Origin: Nanobdellota archaeon | Lineage (GTDB): Archaea; Nanobdellota; Nanobdellia; Pacearchaeales; GW2011-AR1 | DNA length: 34,046 bases | Assembly (NCBI GenBank): GCA_038046005.1 | Contig: JBBSXB010000012.1 | Coordinates: 1-34,046, forward strand | Direction: 5' to 3' | Shown: positions 8,624 through 17,499 of the stretch, one piece after another | How positions within the stretch are numbered: the stretch's first letter is position 1 | How the letters are laid out: each line of letters starts with the position of its first letter | The notes under the pieces: model-generated | Seen by the model: the letters and a program-made list of their open reading frames with translations, nothing else | Told to the model about the DNA's origin: nothing | The model's database searches: none | Translations under genes and position numbers: made by a program

Positions 8624-9616
8624 TCAATCAAAAAGCTTAGAAATCGAAAGCCCGAACTGAGCCCTGTAAATTGCTTCTGCAAATAATGAAGAAACATCAA
8701 CAATTTCTACTCCTGGCTTTTCAATGCAATGAGTGTTAGAAGTCATTACAACATCAAAATGTTTTTTTAGTTCATCTGTTCCGTTAGTAAAAATTCCATG
8801 AGTTGTGTAGCATAAAATTTTTTCAGCACCGTTTTCTTTCAAGATTTTTGCCGCACTGCATAATGTTCCCCCAGTATCAATTATATCATCAGGAATCAAA
8901 CAATTTTTTCCCTTAACACTGCCCACCAATTGCATCTGCGAAACCTCGCCTGCTTTTTGTCTTTCTTTGTCAATGATTGCAAAATCATAACTTTCTTTTG
9001 TCTGATCTTTTTCATTGGCCTTATTCAAGGCAGCAATAAATTTTTTTGCCCTTTTTGCAGAACCGGCATCAGGAGAAACGACAACAAGATTTTTTAGATA
9101 TTCAGAATGATGAGCTTTTAGATAACGAACAGCTTCTGGAAAACTGTAAAGATTATCTAACGGAACGTCTTGAGGATAAAACCCCTGAATTTGGTCAGCA
9201 TGCAAGTCCATTGTTATTATTCTCTCAACGCCTGGAAAAATAGATGTTGCGAGAGCTCTTGCTGAAATAGGAACATGTGGCCTGTCTTTTCTGTCCTGCC
9301 TACTGTAAAGCATATTTGGAAGAACCAAAATAAGACTTTTTGCAGAAGAACTCAAAACCAGATCTTTTAATAAAAGCAATTCGGTCCACCATTGCTGCGG
9401 ATCTTTTGTAGAATCATGAATGAAATAAATCTCTTTTTTTCTTAAATTTTCGCTAATATGCAATCCAATTTCTCCATTTCTAAATTTGTCAACTTCTAAT
9501 TCGTAAAGAGGGACATCCATTCCTTTTTCAATTTTAGTGTAAGATTGGATTTTCTGTGCAAATCCCCAAGCATTAGAATTCTTGTCTGCTAAAATAACAA
9601 AATCTCCCATAAACAT
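8624..9616 (-). CDS. prs: Ribose-phosphate pyrophosphokinase
   Basis: F.NGE, YSRQDRK, TMDLHADQIQGFY, VVSPDAG, IDKER and the PRPP-binding DDIIDTGGT. The start could be 9610. Confidence 0.95.
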   Translation of the reverse strand: MFMGDFVILADKNSNAWGFAQKIQSYTKIEKGMDVPLYELEVDKFRNGEIGLHISENLRKKEIYFIHDSTKDPQQWWTELLLLKDLVLSSSAKSLILVLPNMLYSRQDRKDRPHVPISARALATSIFPGVERIITMDLHADQIQGFYPQDVPLDNLYSFPEAVRYLKAHHSEYLKNLVVVSPDAGSAKRAKKFIAALNKANEKDQTKESYDFAIIDKERQKAGEVSQMQLVGSVKGKNCLIPDDIIDTGGTLCSAAKILKENGAEKILCYTTHGIFTNGTDELKKHFDVVMTSNTHCIEKPGVEIVDVSSLFAEAIYRAQFGLSISKLFD

Positions 9617-9706
9617 AAAGAAACAAGGTGATTTATAATAATTATGTTTCTAAAGAATATTGTTTGAAATAGAAATTAATATATAGTAAAGAAGAGAGAA
9701 AAATGC

Positions 9707-10033
9707 ATGGATGATAAATGGCATGATCCAAGAAATAGACTTTGTGAGAAATATATTAACGGAGAGATTGATGTTTTAGCATATCTAACTGCTTTAAGGG
9801 ATTATAATATTTTAGAGGTAAGTCAAAAAGGTAAGGGACATTTATTAGAGATTCATCAACATCTTAAAAAATGCAAAATATGTATGGATTGTTATATTTT
9901 TTTAAAAGAAAGATTTTCATCTGATGAGCGGAATGAAGGTGATGAATTTTTTAGATTTACTCCAGAAGCATTTAGGTTGATATCTGAAAATGAAAGAACT
10001 TTAGATAAGTTAGTTGCTTCTTCTCCACAATAA
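9707..10033 (+). CDS. Hypothetical protein with HxxxCxxC zinc-binding motif
   Basis: 108-aa ATG ORF containing HLKKCKIC. Confidence 0.6.
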   Translation: MDDKWHDPRNRLCEKYINGEIDVLAYLTALRDYNILEVSQKGKGHLLEIHQHLKKCKICMDCYIFLKERFSSDERNEGDEFFRFTPEAFRLISENERTLDKLVASSPQ

Positions 10034-10064
10034 TAATTATATAATATCTTAGTTATAATATTTC

Positions 10065-10844
10065 ATGAAAACAAAAGACAAACAAAAGCTTCTCCTGTTG
10101 GTTTTAGTTCTGTTTCTGTTTGCAGTAAATTATCCATTTCTTGATAAATTGCTAAAAAATTGGCTCTCTAATTATGAAGTTGGAATTGTTGAGAGGGTTA
10201 TAGATGGAGACACACTAGTTGTCAACACTTCACATGTAAGGCTTTTGGGAATAAACACTCCTGAAAAAGGCGAGTTTTATTATTCTGAAGCAAAGAGTTT
10301 TACAGAAAATTTAACTTTGAATCAACTTGTTAAAATGGAATCTGGGAAGCAAAATCTTGATTTGTATAAAAGAAAATTGAGGTATATTTTTGCCAACGGA
10401 GAAAATGTAAATTTAAAAATTGTTGAAAATGGATTTGCCAATCCTTATTTTCCTGAAGGGAAAGACAAATATTACAATGATTTTGCAGATGCCTGGCAAG
10501 AATGCATTTCAAAAAACATAAACCTGTGCAAGAAATCTAAAGATGTTTGCGCCGATTGCATAGAATTAAAAGAATTTAATGTCGATGAACAGAAAGTTAT
10601 TTTTTCAAACAAATGTTCTTTCAAATGTGACCTAACTGGATGGAAAATAAAAGATGAAGGAAGAAAAGTTTTTACCTTCCCAAATTTTGAATTGGAAAAC
10701 AATGTGGCTATTGAGGTTGGGAATAAAACAGATACGGACAATATATTATACTGGGGCGGTAAAGATTATGTTTGGACAAAAACAGGAGACACTTTGTTTT
10801 TGAGAGATGATAAAGGTGGATTAGTTTTGTGGAAAAGGTACTGA
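10065..10844 (+). CDS. Membrane-anchored thermonuclease (SNase) with C-terminal lamin-tail-like domain
   Basis: N-terminal TM; VERVIDGDT, VRLLGINTPE, D.YKRKLRY and N...VENGFA; C-terminal DLTGWKIKD..FTFP..VW...GDTLFLRD. Confidence 0.88.
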   Translation: MKTKDKQKLLLLVLVLFLFAVNYPFLDKLLKNWLSNYEVGIVERVIDGDTLVVNTSHVRLLGINTPEKGEFYYSEAKSFTENLTLNQLVKMESGKQNLDLYKRKLRYIFANGENVNLKIVENGFANPYFPEGKDKYYNDFADAWQECISKNINLCKKSKDVCADCIELKEFNVDEQKVIFSNKCSFKCDLTGWKIKDEGRKVFTFPNFELENNVAIEVGNKTDTDNILYWGGKDYVWTKTGDTLFLRDDKGGLVLWKRY

Positions 10845-10900
10845 AAAGCTATACTTTTTAGTATAATAATCCTTTTAAAGAGAGAATATGTGCTAAAGCT

Positions 10901-11338
10901 ATGAGTAAATTTGTCCTGTTCGGAATATTGGTTTTGACTATGCTTTTTGTAACTGCTGGCGTTAGTGCTAAAACGTTAATTGCAGGTAAGATATACAATG
11001 CAGATTTTAGTGGCACAATTGCTGGCGTAGATGTTATTGTTAAATGTGTGCATGGAACAACAAATACTTTGTCTACAACAAGCCTTTCTGATGGATCCTA
11101 TTCTGTAATTTATAATGAAACAGGGGATTTTGCGTGCAACAACGGGGATTTCTTAAGTGTATCTGCTACAAAAGGAGAATTATCAGGATATAAAGAAGGA
11201 GAAATACATGATGATGCTTTTGCAGATTGGGATTTGGCAGTGGTAAATGTTCCATTAGTCCCTGAATTTGGAGTTATTATTGGAGGATTGACAATACTTA
11301 GTGCTATTGGTGTTTTCTTTATGGTTAGAAGGAGATAA
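10901..11338 (+). CDS. PEF-CTERM sorting-signal surface protein 1 (small beta-sandwich ectodomain)
   Basis: Signal peptide (..GVSA) and C-terminal VPEF + TM + RRR, the tripartite archaeosortase signal. One NET sequon. Confidence 0.88.
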   Translation: MSKFVLFGILVLTMLFVTAGVSAKTLIAGKIYNADFSGTIAGVDVIVKCVHGTTNTLSTTSLSDGSYSVIYNETGDFACNNGDFLSVSATKGELSGYKEGEIHDDAFADWDLAVVNVPLVPEFGVIIGGLTILSAIGVFFMVRRR

Positions 11339-11801
11339 AAATGAAAAAATTATTTGTGATTATGACTTTGTTAATATTATCTTTAAGTCTAGTTCTTGCT
11401 AATAATTCTGGAGCAATTTGGACAACAAAAAATGATTGTGGGAATCAAACTCAAAATGTCAATCAATATGCTAAAGGGGAGAAGGTCTACATTAATGGAA
11501 ATAATTTTGAGCCGGGTAATTATGAGTGGTCTATAACCGGGCTTAATGGTGGTGCTTCCTGCGACCCAAACACAAAGGTAATTAACGGCACTTATGGGGT
11601 TGGAGATTCTAAGAAATTTTGTTTTGAGGCCTATACTGTTAATCTAGATGATTGCGGAGAGTATAAAGCTAGTTTCGGAGGGAAAAAAGATAATTATCGT
11701 GTTGATCTAGACGCTCCAGTAGTCCCTGAATTTGGAGTTATTATTGGAGGATTGACAATACTTAGTGCTATTGGTGTTTTCTTTATGGTTAGAAGGAGAT
11801 A
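11256..11801 (+). repeat. Exact 82-bp direct repeat encoding the PEF-CTERM signal (11256-11337 and 11720-11801)
   Basis: Base-by-base comparison shows TAGTCCCTGAATTTGG...AGAAGGAGATA is identical in both copies. Confidence 0.95.
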
Positions 11802-11802
11802 G
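11341..11802 (+). CDS. PEF-CTERM sorting-signal surface protein 2
   Basis: Signal peptide (..LVLA), an unrelated Cys-containing ectodomain with sequons NNS, NQT and NGT, and the identical VPEFGVIIGGLTILSAIGVFFMVRRR tail. Confidence 0.88.
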   Translation: MKKLFVIMTLLILSLSLVLANNSGAIWTTKNDCGNQTQNVNQYAKGEKVYINGNNFEPGNYEWSITGLNGGASCDPNTKVINGTYGVGDSKKFCFEAYTVNLDDCGEYKASFGGKKDNYRVDLDAPVVPEFGVIIGGLTILSAIGVFFMVRRR

Positions 11803-11832
11803 TTTTAAATAAGATTTTTCTTTTTGTTTGTA

Positions 11833-12252
11833 ATGGGAGGTTTATTGACTCACTTAAGCGCCGGCATTATTGGGGCTGTTATAATTTATTTTGCATTTTA
11901 CAGATTTCATACAAAAGAAAAAATTATTTTTGGGTTGGTGTTTATTTTAGGGAATTTACTTCCTGATTTGGTTGATTTTGGTATTTTGGGTGTGGAAATG
12001 GGTTCTTTAAATCCAAGTGAAATAATGAAAAATCCTTTGTTTGACGCCTTTGCTTTATGGGGACACACATTTTCAAATTGGGCGGTTATTGCCCTGGTTT
12101 TCTGGGTTGTAGTATTCTTAATCTATGAGTTTGAGAAAATCTCAAAGAAAACCCTTATAGTGATGATAATAAGCACCATACTGATTTTGATAGGCATTCT
12201 CATTCATCTTAAAATAGATGTTCTTGTTATTGAAAAGAGCTATTGGATTTGA
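11833..12252 (+). CDS. Membrane-bound putative metal-dependent hydrolase (YdjM-like)
   Basis: Four TM segments with TH, G..LPD..D, GHT and H..ID motifs. The ATG at 11833 is preferred to the TTG at 11824. Confidence 0.6.
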   Translation: MGGLLTHLSAGIIGAVIIYFAFYRFHTKEKIIFGLVFILGNLLPDLVDFGILGVEMGSLNPSEIMKNPLFDAFALWGHTFSNWAVIALVFWVVVFLIYEFEKISKKTLIVMIISTILILIGILIHLKIDVLVIEKSYWI

Positions 12253-12641
12253 CTTAATTTTTTAGAAACAGCTTCGTAAGTGGGATGAAAAAGAGTTTTA
12301 GCGATTGAGATAATATCTTTTACTTCTTCAAGATTTGGCCTGTAGCCGTAATAATTTATATTATGCCTTAATATTCTTAAATTGTTTAAAATACCAATTG
12401 GCCTTTCAGCCTTAACGTCAAGTTTAGTTAATTCTTTTATGCATTCTAAATGATCTTGCGAAGTAGTTCCCCTGCTTATAAGCAGAGCATCTCCCAACAT
12501 CCTAAAACTTTCATAAATATTTCTTATTATTGTTGCAGCAGATTTTTCATCAACTTTCATTGACAACGTGAATTCCATTTCCTGTTTTGCTGCAGATATT
12601 ATGCTTAAGGCATTTTTGTTGTCTGGTCTTTTGTATCTCAT
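12240..12641 (-). CDS. HEPN-domain protein (putative toxin of an MNT-HEPN pair)
   Basis: IYESFR..GDALL, an H, and LRILRHNINY (R-X4-Y). It overlaps the upstream MNT gene by 4 nt. Confidence 0.75.
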   Translation of the reverse strand: MRYKRPDNKNALSIISAAKQEMEFTLSMKVDEKSAATIIRNIYESFRMLGDALLISRGTTSQDHLECIKELTKLDVKAERPIGILNNLRILRHNINYYGYRPNLEEVKDIISIAKTLFHPTYEAVSKKLSQIQ

Positions 12642-13225
12642 GGCCTAACCTCCAAAAATCCGTCTAAAACTATCCCATTTCCTATATTAGCAAACAAGTT
12701 TAGGTCTATTTTATTTCTTGTGAAAATATGGATATTCACAGGGACATTTTTCCTAAAACCCAATTGTGCGATGTTTCCAATATTTTTTATTTCTAATTCA
12801 GAGTTCCCTATAACTTCTACAGCAATGTCCAAATCGCTTGATCCTTGATCATCTCCTTTTCTATAGCTTCCAAATAAAATTATCGCTTTAGGATTTCCGA
12901 TTATTCTATAAATTTCTTGAATTATCCCAGAGCCATAGATTAAAGAAAGGTTATAGCTAATTTTTATCGTTCTGTTATAAGAATGATTTAAATTGCAGTG
13001 TATTCTCCATGCTTTGCCTATCTGTTCTACAAAAAGAAATCCTTCATCTTTTAACGCAGTCACTATTTTGTTTGCTGTTTTTTTAGATATTTCCAATTCT
13101 TTGGCTAAATCACTTAACGTTATTTTAACTTCAGGGTAAGAGAAAAACCAGTACAATACTCTAAGCATCCCCACATTCTGTTCTAGCTGTTCTACTTTGG
13201 TTAATTTAATTGTTTTATTTTTCAT
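12638..13225 (-). CDS. wHTH + minimal nucleotidyltransferase (MNT) antitoxin/regulator
   Basis: N-terminal LSDLAKELEISKKTA..L..EG wHTH and ILFGSYRKG....SDLDIAV. Confidence 0.88.
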   Translation of the reverse strand: MKNKTIKLTKVEQLEQNVGMLRVLYWFFSYPEVKITLSDLAKELEISKKTANKIVTALKDEGFLFVEQIGKAWRIHCNLNHSYNRTIKISYNLSLIYGSGIIQEIYRIIGNPKAIILFGSYRKGDDQGSSDLDIAVEVIGNSELEIKNIGNIAQLGFRKNVPVNIHIFTRNKIDLNLFANIGNGIVLDGFLEVRP

Positions 13226-13228
13226 AAT

Positions 13229-13290
13229 TATGGTAACTTACGCTACTATATAAATATTTTGGTTACCATATGCTTCTTTTGGTTACCATA
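13229..13290. promoter_or_regulatory. Operator-like repeats around the TATA box of the MNT-HEPN promoter
   Basis: TATGGTAAC (13229-13237) is inverted relative to GTTACCATA (13262-13270 and 13282-13290). TTTTGGTTACCATA is a 14-bp direct repeat at 20-bp period. The minus-strand TTTATATA lies between them. Confidence 0.7.
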
Positions 13291-13353
13291 GCTTTAAAAT
13301 AGGTTTAAAACAGGTTTTAATAAATTTAAAAACTCAGGATTTTAGATATATTC

Positions 13354-15564
13354 ATGAAATTGGAGAAAGGATTTAAGCAGTTGATATTGAAGACCTGCGT
13401 GTTTTTAGGATTATTTATTTTGATTCAGTTGACAACAATATTTTTACAAAAATTTGAACTATCTGTAGAGTATTATCTTATACTGGACACTGATATTGGA
13501 AAGGCTTTTCTTTTTGCTGTTGTGTTTTTTATAATTTTTTCAAAAAAGAAATTAATGGAAGTTAAAGGATGTAAGTTTGAAATTAAAAATACAATTATCC
13601 TTGGAATTGTAACAATAATTTTATTTAGCCTTTATTTTATTTTTAAAATCTTTTTAAGTAAAAATCATTCTATCGCATTAGATTACATTTATTTGTTTTT
13701 ACCTCTAAAGTATCTTATTCTAATAATTTGTGTAATTTCTTTAGCAATAACTGTTTTTGGAACTAAATTCTTTAAAGATTTTATTAAAAATTTTAAAAAA
13801 GAGCTTTTTTTCTCTTTCTTGTTATTTATATTAATACTCTTTTTAATTATTCAATTTCAAAAGACTTGGTATTTTTTTAGTTTAATCGTTGCAAAGGCAG
13901 TCTATTTTTTGTTAAGTTTAAAGTCAAATGCCGTTATGTATTTGTCTGACAAACTCCCTATTTTGGGGATTAATCAGTTTTTTATAGGAATAAATAAAGT
14001 TTGTTCTGGAATAGATTCAATTTTTCTTTTTACCTTGCTGTATTTTTTTGCAATATGTTTTGATTGGAAAGTTTTAGACAAAAAGAAAGCAATAATAATG
14101 TTTCTTCCAGGAATAATCAGCGTGTTTATTTTGAATATTTTAAGAATATATTTACTTATTTTAATTGGGGCCTATGTATCAAGCAGTTTTGCATTAGGAT
14201 TTTTCCACACTAGCGCCTCAAGCTTCTTTTTCCTAATTTATTTTGGATTGTTTTGGCTGTTGTTTTATAATTGGATGAAAAAGCCAGAATTTAAATCAAA
14301 AGAAAAAGGATTTATCAAAAGAAAATATAATCAGATAATGAGTGACTCCCTTTATAGAAATTCTGTTTATCTTATGTTAGCTACATTAATCATGTCCATT
14401 CTTGGTTTTATTTTCTGGATGATAGGGGCAAGACTTTTTACACCAGAACAGGTTGGGTTGGCAACGACACTTATCTCTGTTACGAGTTTAATAACTTCTT
14501 TTAGCCTTTTAGGGCTAAATACTGGATTGATAAGATATCTGCCTACTGCTGAAAATAAAGACAAGAAGATTAATACAAGTTTTGTCCTAGTTGCAATTGT
14601 AACAATTATGATTTCATCTCTTTTTCTCATTTCTACAAAAACACTTTCTCCAAAACTTATGTTTGTACATGATAACATAATCCTTGCTTTTGTTTTTATA
14701 TTTTTCATGATTTTTGCTTCATTTAGCTCATTGATTGACAGTGTTTTTATAGCATATAGAAACGCAAAATTTATTCTTTTGAAAAACACAATTTTTAGCT
14801 CGCTAAAAATATTACTGCTTTTTGCATTTGTCTGGCTTGGGGCTTATGGAATTTTCACATCCTGGATGATTTCAATCATTATTGGCTTTTTAACAGTTTT
14901 TTTTATACTTATTTACAAATTTAATTATAATCCAAAATTTGCTTTTTATGATTCAATAATAAAAAAGATTGGAAAGTATTCCTTTGGAAACTATGTTGCA
15001 GGTTTTATTGGGGGATTGCCCACAATGATCCTCCCTTTGTTAATCTTAAACAAATTAGGTGCAGAAAATTCTGCTTACTATTATATGTCCATGATGATTG
15101 CTACATTATTGTTTGTGATCCCTTCAGCTACATCTAGCTCACTATTTGCAGAAGGAAGTTATAACGAAAAGCATCTTAAAATTCAAATTAAAAAAGCTGT
15201 TAAAATAATTGCACTTCTTCTTATACCCGCAATACTTATCACGATATTCTTTGGAAAATATATCTTATTGCTATTTGGACAGGCATATTCAAGTGAAGGG
15301 TTTAGATTCTTGCAGATGCTCGCATTAAGTGGGATATTCATGGGGATAAATAGTATTTTTGGAACTTTGTTAAGAGTTAAAAAAAAGATTAAAAGTTTGA
15401 TTGTTATCAGTATCTTTAATGCAGTATTAATCTTGGGATTATCTTATTTGTTTATGGGCAGGAATTTAGGCTTGTTGGGAATTGGTTATGCTTGGATGAT
15501 TGGACAGGGGATTGTTAGTGTGGTTTATGTGGCGGAGACGTGGATGGGGAGAAAAAAAGGTTAG
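13354..15564 (+). CDS. Fusion of an exosortase/archaeosortase family domain (aa ~1-307) and a Wzx-like oligosaccharide flippase (aa ~325-736)
   Basis: Single 736-aa ORF. Exosortase-type motifs INKVCSGIDS (C217), LNILRI (R264) and FFH (H285). A basic linker is followed by LYRNSVYLM...GFIFW..GARLFTPEQVG, LGLNTGLIRYLP, YSFGNY and roughly 12 TM segments typical of MOP/Wzx flippases. Confidence 0.85.
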   Translation: MKLEKGFKQLILKTCVFLGLFILIQLTTIFLQKFELSVEYYLILDTDIGKAFLFAVVFFIIFSKKKLMEVKGCKFEIKNTIILGIVTIILFSLYFIFKIFLSKNHSIALDYIYLFLPLKYLILIICVISLAITVFGTKFFKDFIKNFKKELFFSFLLFILILFLIIQFQKTWYFFSLIVAKAVYFLLSLKSNAVMYLSDKLPILGINQFFIGINKVCSGIDSIFLFTLLYFFAICFDWKVLDKKKAIIMFLPGIISVFILNILRIYLLILIGAYVSSSFALGFFHTSASSFFFLIYFGLFWLLFYNWMKKPEFKSKEKGFIKRKYNQIMSDSLYRNSVYLMLATLIMSILGFIFWMIGARLFTPEQVGLATTLISVTSLITSFSLLGLNTGLIRYLPTAENKDKKINTSFVLVAIVTIMISSLFLISTKTLSPKLMFVHDNIILAFVFIFFMIFASFSSLIDSVFIAYRNAKFILLKNTIFSSLKILLLFAFVWLGAYGIFTSWMISIIIGFLTVFFILIYKFNYNPKFAFYDSIIKKIGKYSFGNYVAGFIGGLPTMILPLLILNKLGAENSAYYYMSMMIATLLFVIPSATSSSLFAEGSYNEKHLKIQIKKAVKIIALLLIPAILITIFFGKYILLLFGQAYSSEGFRFLQMLALSGIFMGINSIFGTLLRVKKKIKSLIVISIFNAVLILGLSYLFMGRNLGLLGIGYAWMIGQGIVSVVYVAETWMGRKKG

Positions 15565-16052
15565 GTTTTGTTTATCTTTTTATTTTTAACAATATTATAA
15601 ATATATTTGAAAAAGTTGTTGGCATTGTTTAAAGATGTTTGAGCCGGGTCTTTATTAGCTTGAGGAATCTTTTCGTAAGTAAAATCGGTTCTTTTCTTTC
15701 TCTCTTCTTTTAGTATAACAAGAAGACTTTCAGCTTTAATCTTAACTTCTTCATAAATAACCAAGAGTTCTGAATCAATAATTCCTTTTTCAACCAATTT
15801 TTTAAATTCAAAAAATACTTTTTGATGTGATCCCTGTTTTTCAGATATTTTTATATTTTTACTGAGCAGGTAAGCTATAGCAGAATAAAATATTGAATAA
15901 TAAGAGTGGCTTATTACAGCACTATAAAAAGTCATATCACCAAGATTTAGAGCACTCTTAATTTCTTTATCCTCTGAGATTCTAAATATGGTCTGTGCTA
16001 ATCTTAACTCGTTCTCTGATCTTTGGAAATAAAGTGTGTTTAGCGAATCCAT
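15561..16052 (-). CDS. HEPN-domain protein
   Basis: SYYSIFYSA.A.L, SH and R..RTDFTY. It lies downstream of, and overlaps, an MNT gene. Confidence 0.8.
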   Translation of the reverse strand: MDSLNTLYFQRSENELRLAQTIFRISEDKEIKSALNLGDMTFYSAVISHSYYSIFYSAIAYLLSKNIKISEKQGSHQKVFFEFKKLVEKGIIDSELLVIYEEVKIKAESLLVILKEERKKRTDFTYEKIPQANKDPAQTSLNNANNFFKYIYNIVKNKKINKT

Positions 16053-16639
16053 GGTTTTATTAATGAATAGAATGATGCTGGATTATAAAAAATTAACTGA
16101 TTTCTTGCTATTTCTTTACCTACGTTTTCAAGCTCATGTTTAAGCATTTTGGTAAATTCATCATTTGAAAATACTTGATAATGAACAGGCAACAACTCCC
16201 TCAACTTTATACTTTCCATAACAGCTTTGGCTGTTGAAACTTCTTTTTTATTCTCGACTAAGATGGCAATATCCAAGTCAGAATCTTTTCTTTGTGTGCC
16301 TTTTGCATAACTTCCAAAGACTATTCCAATAAAAGAAGAAATTTTTTTACCTACCTCTTGTTCTATAGTATTTAAAAGAGGATTAGGCAAGTCATAGATT
16401 TCATAAGTTACAAGCCCTAAATATGAAGCACTTCTATTATTAATTTCAAGGCGGTATAATAATGATTTTCCTACTTGTTCAGTAGTCATTATCTCTTCAT
16501 GCATGCAATTGCTTAATGCCCTATATAGAAATTTATTTGAGTTTATTTTGGCGCTTTCTTTGATCTGCTTAGCTGTCAATTTCTTTCCAAGATTTTTTCT
16601 AAATACATCTATTACTTTAAGTTGTTTTTTTGTTAACAT
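16040..16639 (-). CDS. wHTH + MNT nucleotidyltransferase
   Basis: N-terminal wHTH (..VGKSLLYRL) and IVFGSYAKGTQRKDSDLDIAI. Confidence 0.88.
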   Translation of the reverse strand: MLTKKQLKVIDVFRKNLGKKLTAKQIKESAKINSNKFLYRALSNCMHEEIMTTEQVGKSLLYRLEINNRSASYLGLVTYEIYDLPNPLLNTIEQEVGKKISSFIGIVFGSYAKGTQRKDSDLDIAILVENKKEVSTAKAVMESIKLRELLPVHYQVFSNDEFTKMLKHELENVGKEIARNQLIFYNPASFYSLIKPWIR

Positions 16640-16665
16640 TTTGCTTTATTATTATAATCCTCTTT

Positions 16666-16714
16666 AGTGGTTTATATACACCACTTTTATGGTGTGCTAA
16701 TATATAAATCTTTC
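16666..16714 (-). promoter_or_regulatory. BRE/TATA promoter with overlapping palindromes upstream of the second MNT gene
   Basis: Minus-strand GAAAGA-TTTATATA (16701-16714). Palindromes AGTGGT-N8-ACCACT (16666-16685) and ACACCA-N6-TGGTGT (16678-16695). Confidence 0.55.
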
Positions 16715-16802
16715 TATCTGCATAATCAGCGTGATTTTATCGGGGGGAGAAGTGGGTGAGGGGGAAAAATAACTATTTATACTATATTTGCTCATAGATT
16801 TT

Positions 16803-17177
16803 ATGGAAATATTCAAAGATGAAATTAAAAGAAAACTAAAGGAAGGACAGAAATCATTTGAGTTAAAAATGCCCCTCTCTGGAGATAATTTTGCTTCTCT
16901 GTCTGTGACTTCTTTAAATGGTAGTGTGTTAAATTTGGATATGCCTGATAATCAATTTAAGATAAGATTTCAAACACTTATTTCAGGGACACAAGGATTT
17001 GAGAAGGGAAGTTTTAGGATGGATAATCATGCAGGAAAGCCGATTCACACGCATTTTTTCTGTGAAGAAGACAATCAAGTTTATGAAAATATTTTATCCC
17101 CCATGGCTTTGGGAAGCAGTTTTAAAATGATCTTAGGAAGTGCATATTTTGATTTAGAAAATAGTATAAGGAGTTAG
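16803..17177 (+). CDS. Hypothetical protein with R-x-D-N...H-x-H motif (DUF6516/TumE-like, tentative)
   Basis: FRMDNHAGKPIHTHFF. The ATG at 16803 is used; the ORF track starts at TTG 16788. Confidence 0.5.
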   Translation: MEIFKDEIKRKLKEGQKSFELKMPLSGDNFASLSVTSLNGSVLNLDMPDNQFKIRFQTLISGTQGFEKGSFRMDNHAGKPIHTHFFCEEDNQVYENILSPMALGSSFKMILGSAYFDLENSIRS

Positions 17178-17257
17178 GTTTTCTTTTTGCTTTCTGATAT
17201 TATTTTTTTGTAAACCTCGATGTATTGCTTAGCAACTTTATCCCAAGTATATTTTAG
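17174..17257 (-). pseudogene. Orphan 3' end of a GT4 glycosyltransferase
   Basis: The minus strand translates LKYTWDKVAKQYIEVYKKIISESKKKT*, resembling KKYSWDKIVKQTEEVYK at the end of 22919..24100. There is no ATG before an upstream in-frame stop. Confidence 0.75.
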
Positions 17258-17499
17258 CCTTGCAATAATAAGTTTAACATATTTGCTGTTTGTGAGGATA
17301 ATAAAACCCCAGAAAGTTAATGGGAAGACAAGGTGAATGATTGTTTACTTTTAGTGAATAGACATTCATTAGATGAGTAATTCTTTTATAACACAAAGTA
17401 GATAGTATTAGCTAGATAATTCTCAATCTGGAAAGACTTATAAAGATACATTAATTAGTTGAAATATGGCTAAACAATGTATCGTTTATATAGGACAAA

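Noticed and set aside
8512-8703. 63-aa minus-strand ORF
   Set aside because: It overlaps the end of prs out of frame and runs antisense into tRNA-Leu, so it is likely spurious.
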